NCBI RefSeq assembly: GCF_006345805.1
Contig: NC_043000.1
Span: 118,792,001 to 118,856,000, forward strand
Origin: Octopus sinensis
Lineage: Eukaryota
Reading direction: 5' to 3'
Length of the DNA: 64,000 nt
Every line of letters begins with the position of its first letter. The stretch's first letter is position 1. Below the pieces are notes generated by a model. The model saw only the letters and a program-made list of their open reading frames with translations, did not search any database and was not told the origin of the DNA. Shown here one piece after another: positions 12,605 to 25,894 of this stretch. A program made the position numbers and the translations under genes.

Positions 12605-15600
12605 TCATAGAATCATAGTCAAGGTGGCTTCGTCATTCATACGTGCCATCCTTGCTACATTCACCCATCTTTTTTTAAAACATTCACTAGACAAAACTTG
12701 CCTCTCTACTCTCACTTTTTTCTTCAAGTGATACTTGAAGAAGTTGATGAGAGATTGACCAGAGAGGAAAGTGTTTGTCTCTAATCCTTTCAGACGCGTC
12801 CACCAGATACATTCTTTCGCCATAGCCACAAGTATGATAAAAATAGCTCTTCCTTCCCGTTTGAAGGAAGGAGGCGTGACGATATTAACGATAGACTCGG
12901 CTGATAAACCGACACGTCCCACACGTGACAGCAGTCGTTCGACATAAGCCCACAGGTGGGAAATTGCTGGACACTGCACGATTGCGTGCAGAGCGGTTTC
13001 GTCGCTCTGCCCGCATCTCGGGCAGGTCGGCCCCGTGTTTCTCGAGCCATGCCTATAGAGCTTATCCCGAACGGGTAGCGCTTCTCGGTAGCACCGCCAG
13101 GCCAGGGATCTCTGGAAGTTGTCCATAGGTCCCGGGCCGAAAGTCGTTTGAAACAGGCGGGTCAGGTATTCCTCGTCGACGCCCAGGTTTGCCCCGAGCT
13201 CGTCGTCGTACCTCCCCTCCACTAATCCCCTATAGAATGCTTTGGTTGTGTTGAAGTCACTCAAGGTCGACCCGGGACGGCAGAGTTGCTTGAGAGCAAC
13301 GCGACACTCGCGGTGCCATTCGCCCTTCTTCGGCCTCTTTTTGATGCACGACTGTAGTTCGGTCATGGAGACGAGTTGCGGGAATGCGTGCCTCACAAAC
13401 GGCGACCACACCTGTTCACCGTCGTCTACATAGAGCCGGAGATGTCGCAGTCTCAGCGCGTGTCTGCGCATCATCAACCACGGCATGCCCAGCCCTCCTT
13501 TTAACGGGTGTTGACAGCAAATGGATCGCCTGACCATCGGGACGCATCCTTTCCACAAGAAGCGGAAGAGGATGCGTTCTAGTTTGGTGATGGTAGGGTC
13601 GGGACAAGGTACGACGGTCAGGCGGTAGTAGATGATGGACGCGATGTACGCGTTCACCACCTCCGCCCGACCTTTTAGGGACAGTTTCCTCTCGGCCCAT
13701 TGCTGGGCGAGAGTGACCACCCTACTCGTTATCTCGTTCCAGTTCTTCTCCATTTGGAGATCCGGCCCGAACCAGACCCCGAGCAACTCAACCGGGCCGT
13801 CTGTCCAGCGTCCCACGACGGAGGTACTGGTGGACGGCATGGGCTTGCTTCTCCAGGTGCCGAGCCGCAAGCCCACTGACTTTTCCCGGTTGATTTTTGC
13901 TCCTGTCACCGCTTCGTAGTCTTTCAGTGTCTCGCCGACCCGCTCGATGTGCTCGTGGCTTGACACTATGACGGTGACGTCGTCCGCGTATGCAGACACG
14001 CTCGTCCCGCATCCTAATTCTCGCGGGATGCCCCTCAGAGTCGCCAGCTTCCGTAGTAGTGGCTCAAGAGTCAATACGTATAGAAGCGCCGAGAGGGGGC
14101 ATCCCTGACGGACCGAACGTGCAATGTCGAAGGGTCTCGATTGATGTCCATTTACGCGAATTACCGAACGGATGCCTCTGTACAAGGCAGCTATCCAGCC
14201 GCGGAAGACGGGCCCGAAACCAGCCGCTCTCAGGACTGCCTCCAAGTATCGATGGTCTACCCTATCAAAGGCTTTCGATTGATCCAAGTTGATCAGGGCC
14301 CCACCCATGCCAGGTTCGTTAACTACCCTGTCTATGATGTAGCGCATCAGATGGAGGTTGTCATGGATGCTCCGGCCCGGCACGGCGCACGTTTGTGCGT
14401 TGTCGACCAGTTTCTCCATGACAAGCGCCAACCTCTTGGCTAACACCTTTGTCAAAATTTTCAGGTCTGCATTGAGCAGAGTGATTGGCCTAAAGTTATC
14501 TATAATGTTTCCCTTGTTTGGATCTTTCTTCAGCAGAGTTACAGCTCCTCGACTCACAAAACCGGGTATGCTCCCGTTTTGCTGCCAGTTGCAGTATACC
14601 GCTGCCAAGACGTTCTCCAAACAAGTCTGGCATACAATAGTAAAATTCGTAGGGTAGACCATCCAAACCCGGTGATTTGTCCCTCGAGCATTCTGCCATC
14701 GCTTCGCGCACTTCCGCCGCCGTGATGGCACCTTCGCAGCACCCTGCCTTTCTTGTCGAGAGTCGTGGCAGGCTATGTAGGTAGGCACTGAAGTCTACCC
14801 TACGTTCTTGCCCTCCACTCGTCCCGAACAGTCGGGCAAAATGCTGCTGAAAGGCCTCACACATTTTACTTGGCTCGAGCAATTCGCGCCCCTGTTCATC
14901 TACCAGTGACCGAATGGTGGCTTTGTTGCCCTGTTGCGCCTCTGCCACCCGGGCCTCTCTCGCGGCTCCAACACCTTCGTTCCTTAGAGCACGCATCCTA
15001 GCTCTGACAGCACATCCTTCGTGTTTGGCGTTGAAGTGTTGGTCGAGGGCCAACCTCGCCGCCAAAACGTCGGATGCGATGCCGCTTCTAATTGCCTCTT
15101 CTAGCTTCTTAACTAGCTCACCCTCTACTCTATTTCTATCTATGGCTAGTGCTTTGCTGTACCTAATCGCTTCTGCTTTTACTGCTCTCTTGAGGGCAAA
15201 CCACCATTTGTTGTTGATGATGGCTCCCGTCAAAGCCCTCTTTACTAGTGTGCTAATACGGTCTCTGAAAACTTGTCTGGACGGGAATGATGCGTTCAGT
15301 TTCCAGTACCCAGGACCCTGTCTATGTGCCTTATCTAAGTCTAGCGTACACGTCACCAATTTGTGATCCGTGTAGCTGACTGTGTGGAATTGTGGACATC
15401 CTAAGTTATCCTTGTCTACTGTCCTACACAGTATCCTATCTAGATACGATCTCGACGACCCACTGCGGTTGCTCCATGTCCACGTTGGTGCATTTGGGTG
15501 GTCGAGTCGGTACCTGTCAGACAGTTGGAATCGTCTGAGCAGGTCTCTGAGGCATTTGCATCCCCTTCTGTTTCTGTCTCTACCCACGTAGTCTACATGC

Positions 15601-16043
15601 GTGTCCAAGGTAGCATTCCAATCCCCCACTAAGAGTAAAGGACGAGACGTTCCCAAGAATACTTCTAGACGTCGAAAGAAATCCGCCCGACCTGTTAAGG
15701 GCGGTGCGTAGACTGATACGAGTCGAAAAGCGCACCCATTGCTGCCGTCAACATCCAGAACGATCAGTCTACCCTCCGGGTCTACGAATATCGTCTTGAC
15801 TTCGAGATCCAGGCTCTTGTGAAAAAGTACCGCGGTGCCACTACCGCCCATCCTCGGCAGACAGGGAGCGAAATAAATGTTAAACTGTCCGCCAAACATG
15901 GACTTTAGGGCCCGTGGCTCGTGGAGTCTGGTCTCACTTATGGCTATGATTCCCAAATCGTGTGACTTGATGTCATTTAGGAGGTATCCTTGTTTCCAAG
16001 GAGACCCCAAGCCACGCGCATTCACACAACCAATCTTGACCAT
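12605..16043 (-). pseudogene. Tx1 ORF2 (APE + RT + CCHC), single +1 frameshift at ~14613
   Basis: ORFs 14496-16043 and 12605-14788 join into one ~1145 aa protein if one base is removed (copy 1 reads LFGDVL at this position). YADD and CPRCG..H..C are intact. Confidence 0.93.
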
Positions 16044-16093
16044 GATTCTATTGGGGTGTGTGCTTTAAAACACACAAATGAAAGTACAGAGAG

Positions 16094-17546
16094 TTACTTA
16101 CTTGTGTCGAAAGTTTTGGCTTCCTCGTTCTTTGATGTGTCTTCGAGGAGGTTTCTATATAGTTTTTGGGACAGATATTTCTGGAAACCCCCTACAGCAT
16201 TTGGGAAGAGGGCTTTGAGTTTGTGGTGTTGTGTTTGTGTGATGTGTAGTATTTTGATGTGTTTGGGTGGTGTAGTGCGTGGATGATTGCTATTTTTAAA
16301 GTCATCTTCACAAATGTTTGTGTATCCTGTGATGTACTCCATTAGTTTGGAGTCTTTTGTGTCTATCGCTGATAGCATTGTTTTTGTGGTGTTGGTGCTT
16401 GTTTTGTTGTGTATGGAATTTTCAGGGTTCAGGTATCTCCCTGCTTTGGTTGCGATTTCTTGTTTGGTTTTTCTTGATCTTTTTCTTTTACCCCCTGTGG
16501 CTATTTGCCATTCTGTCGAACTTTCATCGTTAGATGAAAAGTCTGACGAATCAGCAGGGGGCAAGGGTAAAGCGTCTGGGTGTGTTTGTGCGGTTGTAGA
16601 TATTGTTGTGGTGCGCGGGGAGGGTGTTGCTGGGGGGTTTGTTGTGGTTATTGTCTCTCCTACATCCTTGGTGCTTGTCTTCTTCGTTGTTATTCTTGGT
16701 GTTGGAATAGGTTTATTTGTTGTTGGTGGTGATGATTCTGTTCTTGGCGCTGGTGTTGGTGTTCTTTGTTGTTTTTCCTGCATTTCCGCATACAGCTTCT
16801 TGACTAGCTGTCCATATTGTGGTGTGGGCAATAATCCTGGCTTTTGTGATTTTTCCTGTGGCTGTTGTTGTTGTTGTAATTTTGCGGCAGATTTGCACTC
16901 CTTTTTGAGGTGTGCCTCACTGCCACATGTATAGCATCGTGGCCTTCTGCCCTCGACTACTACGTATAACTTGCGGCCATCCTCAAGATGTACGTGGGTG
17001 GGGATTTTATTTATGTCCTCTTGACTTATGTAGAAGAGGAACTCTATTCTCTTTCCAAGCCAGTCCTTGTTTTCCGAAACACCGATATCTAGGATGTTTA
17101 TGTCCTCCATTTCGGATGTTAAGGCGGATGTAATCCACAGTGTTGTAGTCACTTGGGGGACACCACTGATAATGACTTTCGTCACCTTCTGGCCGAGGTA
17201 ACTCGGTGTCAACGTTAGTTCATCAGAATGAAGGGTTATCGTTGAGAATTTCTTCGCCAACTCTTCATTCTGAAAAACCACCTGTACGTGTGCGAACTTT
17301 GTTCGCCCAAGTCACACAATCCTTGTATCCCCAGATGGGGCGTAAGCACTTTTCGACTTTGTCTGTGCTTGCCTTTTCTGGACTTTTTGTTTTTTTATTT
17401 GTGATTTTATATACAATTGTCTTTTTTTTCTCCTCATTCAGTATGTGCTGAGGTATGTGTAAGAGTATTTTTCCGTTTTGATTTGTAATAAGGTTTCTGC
17501 AATATTTAATCTGTTGTGTAGTAAACGAAACTTTTGTTACCTTTTC
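16094..17546 (-). pseudogene. Tx1 ORF1 (gag-like nucleic-acid-binding protein with CCHC knuckle), lacking a start codon, one frameshift near 17310
   Basis: CYTCGSEAHLKKEC zinc knuckle. The upstream frame (QQIKYC...HIPQHILNEEKKKTIVYK...EKCLRPI) stays open up to the TAGA junction and aligns by eye with ORF1 of the element at 47119-47424. Confidence 0.85.
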
Positions 17547-17587
<41 letters not shown>

Positions 17588-18454
17588 TCCAAGGTTGTTC
17601 GGTAGTTTTTATTTTTCAATACAGGTCAGTTGTTCTGGTTGAGTGCTCACACCTGTGCGGTTGACATTAATACCTATTCAACATTCTCTCTCTTTCTCTA
17701 GCACATAAATTCCGAATGAACATAAATGCGTTTGTGAAATCGTTTTATTTTTTAATGTCTTCCATTTTGTATTCGATTTAGTTTCCTTACGCGGTCTGAG
17801 ATGAAATTACTAACCTGGCAAGTATACCTCCCATGTTCTTACATTGTAATTAATTTTAAACGCAAAATAATGAAGTACAATGAACATAAAATAAATAGGT
17901 ATCTCTTCTGATGTCTTTTATATATGATCACTCTCCGAATTATAAAACCTGTCTGATTGAGTTTTCATTAGGTTAGAGGCACAAGATAGTATTCTAGGGG
18001 TGCGAGAAAGGTTGGAATTATAGGGGGGTTCACTCTCCGAACTATACAACCTTTCTATGCTCAGTCTGTTCAAACTAGTCTGTTCAGGTTTTGACTTGAA
18101 TACGCCAGTGTAAACTTGCACAAACCACAGCGGGTCCTCAATGATCTGTCTGATTGAGTTTTCATTAGCTTAGGGGCACAAGATAGTATTCCAGGGGTGC
18201 GAGAAAGGCTGGATTTATAGGGGGAGGGGTCAAAGAGGGCAATTGCCCCGGGCACATTTATTCTTATATAAATTGTTACTTTAAGGGGCGCAAGAACTTA
18301 TTAAATTTTTTAGGGGTGTTGGACATAAAAAGGTTGGGAGCCACTGAGTTAATAGATATAGCGCAAATCGTTTTCTACTTCAGATATTTTGCTGCACAGA
18401 AAAGTGTATGGTCAATTGTTTACAGTGAAAGGATTATTGAGTAAGGTGTTAGAG

Positions 18455-19135
18455 CAATCGACTTAATCCCTCCCCGAAAAGACGAAAGGCAAAGTCGTGA
18501 TCGGCAGGATTTGAACTCAGAATGTAGAGACGGTTGAAATGCCGCAAGCGTTTCGTCCGACGTGCTAACGATTCTGCCAGCTCGTTGCCTTAAGTTAAGT
18601 GATTTAATCCTTTTTACTAAAAGCACAAGGTCTGAAATTTGGAGGGAAGGAACTACTCGATTACATCGACCCCAGTATTTCACTAGTGCTTAATTTATCG
18701 ACGCCGAATGATGAAAGGCAGAGTCGACCTCGGCAGAATTTGAATTCAGAACGTAGCGTCGAGTGAAATACCTATTTCTTTACTACCCACAAGGGACTAC
18801 ACACAGAGGGGACAAACAAGGACAGACAAACGGATTAAGTCGATTACATCGACCCCAGTGCGTAACTGATACTTAATTTATCGACCGCGAAAGGATGAAA
18901 GTCAAAGTGGACCTCGGCGGAATTTGAACTCAGAACTTAACGGCAAACGAAATACTGCTAAGCATTTCGCCCGGCGTGCTAACGACTCCACTAGCTCATT
19001 GCATTGTAAGGTGTAAATAATAATGTTGCTTGGATCTGTAACTAAAAGGATGAAAGGCAAAATCGACTTCGACGGAATTTGAAGTCACAACGTAACGATG
19101 GACGAAATACCGCTAAACATTTCGTCCAGTGTGAC
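18455..19135 (-). mobile_element. SINE-B cluster (about 4 copies, one nested at the GAAATAC site)
   Basis: Repeated GAAAGGCAAAGTCGACCTCGGCGGAATTTGAACTCAGAAC; junction GAAATAC|CTATTTC at ~18771. Confidence 0.75.
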
Positions 19136-19154
19136 GAAAGCTTGTTGAATCATC

Positions 19155-19480
19155 TATTATATACAATCCGTTCTGTCTGTCTGTGTGTGTGTGTCTTCTA
19201 GAATCTCGGGCATCCTCCACCCGATTGCACCCAAATTTGATATGTAGATACCGACGGTATTAGGGCGCGTATAAGTCTTGAAAAAATTACAAAAATCGAT
19301 TCCAGGTGAGAATGCGATCGATAAAGTCATGGGAACGTGCATTTGTACGCGCAAGTACATCAGCTGTTGCGATGTACTTACTGGTACCTTAAACTCTTCG
19401 GTTGCATATTTGTGTGAATAAAATCGTTTTTCTTTGGAATAGAAAAAAAGTCTATCTTTAATTCTTCTTTCGCTGGTGTC
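19155..19480 (+). mobile_element. Possible Helitron/Helentron-associated non-autonomous element
   Basis: Starts TCTATTATATAC..TCTGTCTGTCTGTG..CCGATTGCACCCAAATTTG, resembling such 5' ends. No 3' terminus identified. Confidence 0.3.
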
Positions 19481-19651
19481 TCAAATTTAGGTTAAATCAG
19501 TGTTTCTCAAAGCGAAGGCCTCTGGGACGGTCGGACAAGTTGTTTTGGGAAAATTTGGTTTAAATGTTCGACAACTCAGCACCGTCCATTGGACGGTGGG
19601 GGGGGGCGTTTTATTTGTACTGAAATAAACGAGACATTAGTACTTCTCGCC

Positions 19652-19682
<31 letters not shown>

Positions 19683-20798
19683 ACTCCAGACCTAAGACTC
19701 ATACGAAGGCACGTGGCTTAGTGGTTTTAGTATTCGGTTCACGGTAGTAAAGTCATGAGTTCGGTTCTCGGCGGCGCGTTCTGTCCTTGAGCAAAATACT
19801 TTACTTCACGTTCTTCAGTTCCATTCAACCGGCAAAAATGAGTTGCATCTGTATTTCAAAGGAGCAACTTTATCGCATTATGTGTCATGCTCAATTTTCC
19901 TGAGAACTTCCCCATCGTCTTCCCTCTAACCTCTTGAAAACTAGTGTTGTTTTGTTTGCATTCCCTAAAGTAGCGGTTTGGAAAAAGGGGCCGATAAGTA
20001 CCAGATGAGTACCAGGCCTTAAAAAATAAGTATTGGAGTCGATTCGTTCCACTAAAACCCTTCAAGGCGGTGCCCCAGCATGGCCGCAGTCAAGTGATTG
20101 AAACGAGGAAAAAGATACATACATTTGTGTGTATGTGTGTGTGTGTGTGTATGTATGTGTGTGTGTATGTATGTGTGTGTGTGTATAAAGTGATATGTGT
20201 ATGCCTTTGTGTTTGTATCCATAACAACATGACAACCAGTGGCCAGTGTTGGCTTTTGTACATCACTGTAACTTAACCGTTCGGCAAAACGGACCGATTG
20301 GATAAGAATGAGACTCAAAAAGCAGTACTAGGGCCGATATGCTTAACTAGACCCTTGTAGGCGGTGCTCCAACATGGCCTCTGTCCAATAAGCCGAACAG
20401 CTAAAATCATAAAGGTGTAACACTCATTTTTTTCTCACGAAAATCACTTTGAATTTCGATTTTCGCTCTAGAGATCTTTTGCAAATGAAAACACTTTTCG
20501 CCTTTTGGGTCCTTTGAAGCGGAACTCGTTTGTTCCCTCTGATGCATACATAATACACATAAAAAGCTATAATGACAAGCAGTATAGTAATATAGATATT
20601 TGGAAGTCTGTGCGTCGTATAATCTTTTATATGATTTTTATTCCTTTCTCTCTTTTCAATTACCTTGACACTAAACCGAATTCCATTTCAATTTGTCCCA
20701 TATATTCATGTAATACACATGTTAGATGTTTTTCATATGCAGTATACAACTTAATGTCGTCCATACAGAAGAAAACCCCCCCCTTATCCATATTCGGT

Positions 20799-21110
20799 GG
20801 AGGCGCAATGGCCCAGTGGTTAGGACAGCAGACTTGCGGTCGGAGGATCGCGGTTTCGATTCCCAGACCGGTCGTTGTGTGTGTTTATTGAGCGAAAACA
20901 CCTAAAGCTCCACGAGGCTCCGGCAGGGGGTTTGGCGACCCCTGTTGTACTCATTCGCCACAACTTTCTCTCACTCTTTCTTCCTGTTTCTTGAGTAAAG
21001 CTGCGATGGACTGGCGTCCCGTTTAGCTGGAGGGGAACACATACGCCATAGAAACCGGGAAACTGGGCCCATGAGTCTGACTAGGCTTGAAAAGGGCGAG
21101 AGTAGAGTAT
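20799..21110 (+). mobile_element. tRNA-derived SINE family C
   Basis: Same head and body as 53981. Further copies at ~27325-27510, ~37400-37745 (minus) and ~60916-61235. Confidence 0.8.
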
Positions 21111-21420
21111 CCATATTCGAGCCCAGTCGGTCTAGAATTATTATCAAAGGCATCAGCGCCTGGCGGAAATGCAGAGAGGCAGTCTCTTGGTCTACTTTCT
21201 GGAGTATTTCTCATCAAATAGGGATGTGATTTCTTCTTCTTTTCCTTTTATTTTTTCTCTGTAAAAATTGTTTGCCAATTATTAATTACACGTGTGATAT
21301 CTGCTTATTAATTTAATGGCACCTTACTCGTGGCTAGTGTTTCAAGAGACCACGTACGGGGTCGAGTGATGCGATTTTCATTCGCATTGCCTATTTATTT
21401 ATTTATTTATTTATTTATTC

Positions 21421-21469
<49 letters not shown>

Positions 21470-21959
21470 AAGGTGGCGATCTGGCAAAATCGCTAGCACG
21501 CTGGACGAAATTCTTAGTGGTATTTCACTCGATGCTACGTTCTGAATTTAAATTCAGCCGAGTTCGTTTTTGCCTTTCATCCTTTCGGGGTCGATAAAAA
21601 AGTACCAGTTGAACACTGGGGTCGATATAATTGACTCATCCCTACCTCCCCCAAGCAGCCTTTGTGGCAAAAAAAAATTTTAATAATTATTAGTATTATT
21701 AATATTATTATTACTACCAAATCTACCCATCTACGTTGGAGGCATAAAATGAGGGAGGCAAGTCTTAGCAGTACGTATTGAGAAATGTATAAATGGACTT
21801 GATAGATTACTGGGTGATGTCTTAGAGAAATCACTTTATTGTTGGTGATACAGCATTCTATTGCAGCTATATGACATGTGATGAAGATTCACTCCCGACC
21901 TGAAATAGGCTCCCAGCCTCTGTATCATGAATGGTTATGTGGACTACTCCCAACGAAAA

Positions 21960-22862
21960 CCAGGCTTTCCTTCGACCACTACATAATGGTGGTTCAAGAA
22001 ATTTCGTAGCGGTGACGAGATTCTTGGAGATGATAAGCCTAGTGGTCGGCCATCGTATGTTGACAACGATCAACTAAGAGCCTTAGTCGAAGCCAATCCA
22101 TGCACAACTGTTCGAAAGCTTGCTTCTGAATTAGACGTAATGTATACGCAATTTCCAACCACTTGAAAGAGACTGGAAAAACAAAAATACTTGAGAAATG
22201 GGTGCTGCACGAATTGAACGACAACCGAAAAAAAAAAAAAAACAACGTCGTTTTGAAGTGTCGTCTTCCCTTACGCAACAAGAACGACCCGATTATTCTC
22301 TACCAGATTGTGACTTGCGATGGAAAGTGGATTCTTTGCGACAACCGGCGACGCTCAGCTCAGAGGTTGGCCGGTCTCATCCATCACAGCTTTTTAGATT
22401 CAGGCAAAACCAATATAGCGGAGGAGTACTGTCAGCAAATAGATGAAATGCATAAGAAACTCCAACAACAACAGCCAGCATTGGTCAATAGAAAAGAACC
22501 AATTCTTCTCCACGACAACACTCGGCCGCACGTCGCACATCTGACCCTGCAGAAGATGAACGAATTGAGCTACGAAACTCTGCCTCATCCGCCATACTCA
22601 CCAGATCTCTTGCCTACCGACTACCACATTTTCGAGCATCTCGACAACTTCCTGCGTGAGAAATGCTTCAAAAATCAAGACGATGCCAAACATGCCTTCC
22701 ACGACTTCATCACCTCCAGAACGCAGGATTTTTACGCTACCGGCATAAATAAACTTGTTTCGCGTTGGCAAAAGTGTTTTGATTCTGATGGTGTTATTTC
22801 GATTAATAAAGCATTGTTTGAGCCGAGATATGCGCATCTGAATTTTCCTGACAACCTAATAA
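21960..22862 (+). pseudogene. Mariner transposase pseudogene (Tc1/mariner)
   Basis: WFKKFRSGD..SGRP, KWVLHEL, IVTCDGKW, LLHDNTRPH, HPPYSPDL..DYH. Terminal GACAACCTAATA. Confidence 0.9.
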
Positions 22863-23109
22863 GTTGGCTTACGTTCCTTTGCTTCTTTTATTAGTTATCT
22901 TCCCCTTAATTTTCAACTTTTTTTTACGCCCATAGACTGAACAGTTACCCTTAATATCCACTAAATACTTTTTCACATGATTTTCGACAAAAACCTTCCT
23001 GATTACCTCCTTCGTAACCCTGTTGAACATCGTGATCCTTGGTCCAGCCGTTTGACAGTGAATAGGGTACAGACAGATAGAAGGACATAACGCCCATTAT
23101 AGTAAGATT

Positions 23110-23144
<35 letters not shown>

Positions 23145-23278
23145 CATCCTCCTCCTCCTCCTCATCATCATCATCATCCTCGTCATCATCATCATCATCA
23201 TTATTATTATTATTATCATTATTATTATTATTGTTATTATTATTATTATTATCATTATTATTATTATTATTATTATTA

Positions 23279-23306
<28 letters not shown>

Positions 23307-23309
<3 letters not shown>

Positions 23310-25840
23310 TAGTATATTTTTTATAGCGTGATTTCACTTCATTACCGAGCGCAGCTCTGTGTGCCTTGGGTATGTGCTGTGATTTGTTGTGATGCTCTGA
23401 TGGTTACTGTATGGAAAGTGTTCTGCGTAGGATGTGTGCAGTGCCTAGTAGTGCAGTTTTCTGTATGTTATATGTTTGTAAGTCCTGGTGTTTTTGTTAT
23501 GTATTTGTCTGAATATTTTTTTTTATCATGCCTAATGCACCTATTATGATAGGAATTGTTTCTGTTTTTAGATTCCACATTCTGGTTACCTCTATTTCCA
23601 GGTCTTTGTATTTTGAAAGTTTCTCCATTTCTTTTAGAGACACGTTGTCATCTGCTGGTATTGATACATCAATTAGAAAGCATTTTTTTTTCTTCGTGAT
23701 CTCTGACAACTATATCTTGTCTGTTGGCCTTAATTTCTATATCTGTGTGTATTGGCATATCCCAGAGTATGGTTGCTTTCTCGTTTTCTGTGACATTTTC
23801 TGGTGTGTGCCTATACCATCTTTTTTCTGTTGTTATTTCATAATGTTGGCATAGCTTCCAGTATATATAGGTCCCAACTCTGTCGTGTCTGTGAATATAT
23901 TCCTTCTTAGCCAGGACTGGGCAGCCAGAGATAATATGATTTATTGTTTCTTGTCCATCTCCACATATTCTGCAGTTACTTGTTATATTTCTTTTCATTA
24001 CATGTTTTTGGTAATTTCTGGTGGGGAGGCTTTGGTCTTGTGCTGCAATTAAAAATCCTTCTGTCTCTGCTTTGAGTCCTGAGCTTCTCAACCATTGCTG
24101 GGATTTTTCTTTGTCTATTTCTTTTGCATTTAGTTTAGTCCAGTATTTGCCATGAAGGGGCTTTTCTTGCCATCGTTTTATCATGGTTCGTTGCTGTTCT
24201 ATTTTTAGTTTGGATTTCATTTGTTTTATAGCTTTTGTTGTTTCTTCATCTTCTTCTTCTTCTTCATATTTATTAGGTGGTATGATTTCTTGTTTGTATT
24301 TGTCAGCTTCCTTAAATACTGAGAACAGTTTTTTTGTTTTGCTCGTGTTTTGCCGCTATTTGTATCAGTTTTCCTTCCTTCTGAAGTAGATATTTTTGCA
24401 GTCCTATGGTGGTTATTTTATAATAGTTTTCCAGCTGTATAAGGCTTCTACCACCTTCTATACGTCGTATATATAGCCTTTCTATGTCAGATTTTGGGTG
24501 ATGCATTCTAGATCCTGTCATTATTTTTCTTGTTTTCCTATCTATTTTGATCAGTTCATTTAGTGTCCAGTTAAGGATATTGTAGCTGTAACTTATAACT
24601 GGGACGGCTAAAGTGTTGATACCTATTATCTTGTTTTTAGCATTGACCTCTGTTTTTAGTATTGATCTAACTCGTCTATAATATTCTTTTTTTATTTTCT
24701 CTTTCATTTGTGTGTGTTGTGTCTTATCTAGTTCATGGATTCCTAAGTATTTGTAAGTTTGGCTTTGGTCTAATTCTTTTATTTCATTGGTTTTATCTAG
24801 CGTGATGTTGCTACTCTTAACTAGTTTTCCTCTTTTCAGGGTTACTTTGGTGCATTTCTCTAATCCAAATTTCATATCTATTTCTTTGGTAAATCCATGA
24901 ACTGTCTTTAGTAGTGTTTCCAGCTGTTTGTCATTTGTAGCGTATAGTTTTAGGTCATCCATATATAAACGGTGGCTGATCGTTTTGCCGTAACATTTAT
25001 ATCCGCATCCAGTTCTGTTGAGCATATCCGATAGAGGTGACAGTGCAAAGCAGAAAAGGAGTGGAGAGAGCGTGTCTCCCTGGAATATTCCTCTTCTAAT
25101 GGGGATGGCTCTTTTGTCCCTCTTTTGTTTGGAGCAGTAGCACTGTCTGCTATTTATTCATAGAGTGTCCTATGTATTTTATAATTGTTGGTGCAACTTT
25201 GTTAATGGCTAGTGTTTCGAGGATCCATGTGTGGGGGATGCTATCAAACGCCTTTTTGTAGTCGATCCAGGCCATACTGAGGCCTTTCTTCTTTCTGTGG
25301 CTGTCTTCAGTTATGGCTTTATTGATCATTAGTTGATCTTTACAGCCATATGAGCCTTTGCGGCATCCTTTCTGCTCTTCTGGAAGCAGGTTGTTTTCGT
25401 CCAGGTGCTTGTTTGATCTTTGTGATATTACTGCAGTAAATGTTTTGTACATTGTAGGGAGACAGGTTATAGGTCTATAGTTTTCTGGTTTTGCTGTCTC
25501 ATTTGATTTGGGAATTATGATGGTTTTCCCCTTCGTGAGCCATTCAGGCATTGTCTCTGGCTCTGCTAGTATGTTGTTAAAGTTTTCAGCCAGCTTTTTG
25601 TGCATTCCTGTTAGATATTTCAACCAGAAGTTGGGGATCTTGTCATGCCCAGGTGCCTTCCAGTTGTTTAGTCTTTGCAGTGCCTGGGTGACCTCTTCAG
25701 TTGTTATGGGGGTCCAAAGTTGCTCAGATGCTGAGTTTGTTGTTTTAATACTCCTTTTTTTTTTTGTTGTTCGTTCGCCGACTATATTTCTCTCCAGAAT
25801 CCTTCCACTTCTTCTGCCGTTGGTGCTGCAGTGATTTCTA
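23307..25840 (-). mobile_element. R4/Dong-type non-LTR retrotransposon (RT + CCHC + restriction-like endonuclease), 5'-truncated and frameshifted, inserted in (TAA)n
   Basis: RT motifs ENYRPITCL, DYKKAFDSIPH, GIFQGDTLSP, LYMDDLK; CRICG..ETINHIISGC; RLE motif DIVVRD..KCFLIDVSIP..KE.EKLSKYKDL. (TTA)n tracts lie immediately on both sides. Confidence 0.85.

Positions 25841-25894
<54 letters not shown>

Larger units (their letters stand above)
12193..17546 (-). mobile_element. Tx1-clade non-LTR retrotransposon, copy 2 (near full length), inserted in (TAGA)n
   Basis: ORF1 + ORF2 + 3' UTR ending GGCTAATAAAGAAACAT-(ATCT)n. The 5' junction runs into (TAGA)n at 17547-17586. Confidence 0.95.

Noticed and set aside
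16044-16101. Intron fusing ORF1 to ORF2 in copies 1 and 2
   Set aside because: Splicing from GTAAGT to either nearby AG leaves ORF2 out of frame.
20799-20875. tRNA-like sequences here and at 27325, 53981 and 5951
   Set aside because: They continue into shared SINE bodies and lack clean cloverleaf ends, so they are SINE heads rather than tRNA genes.
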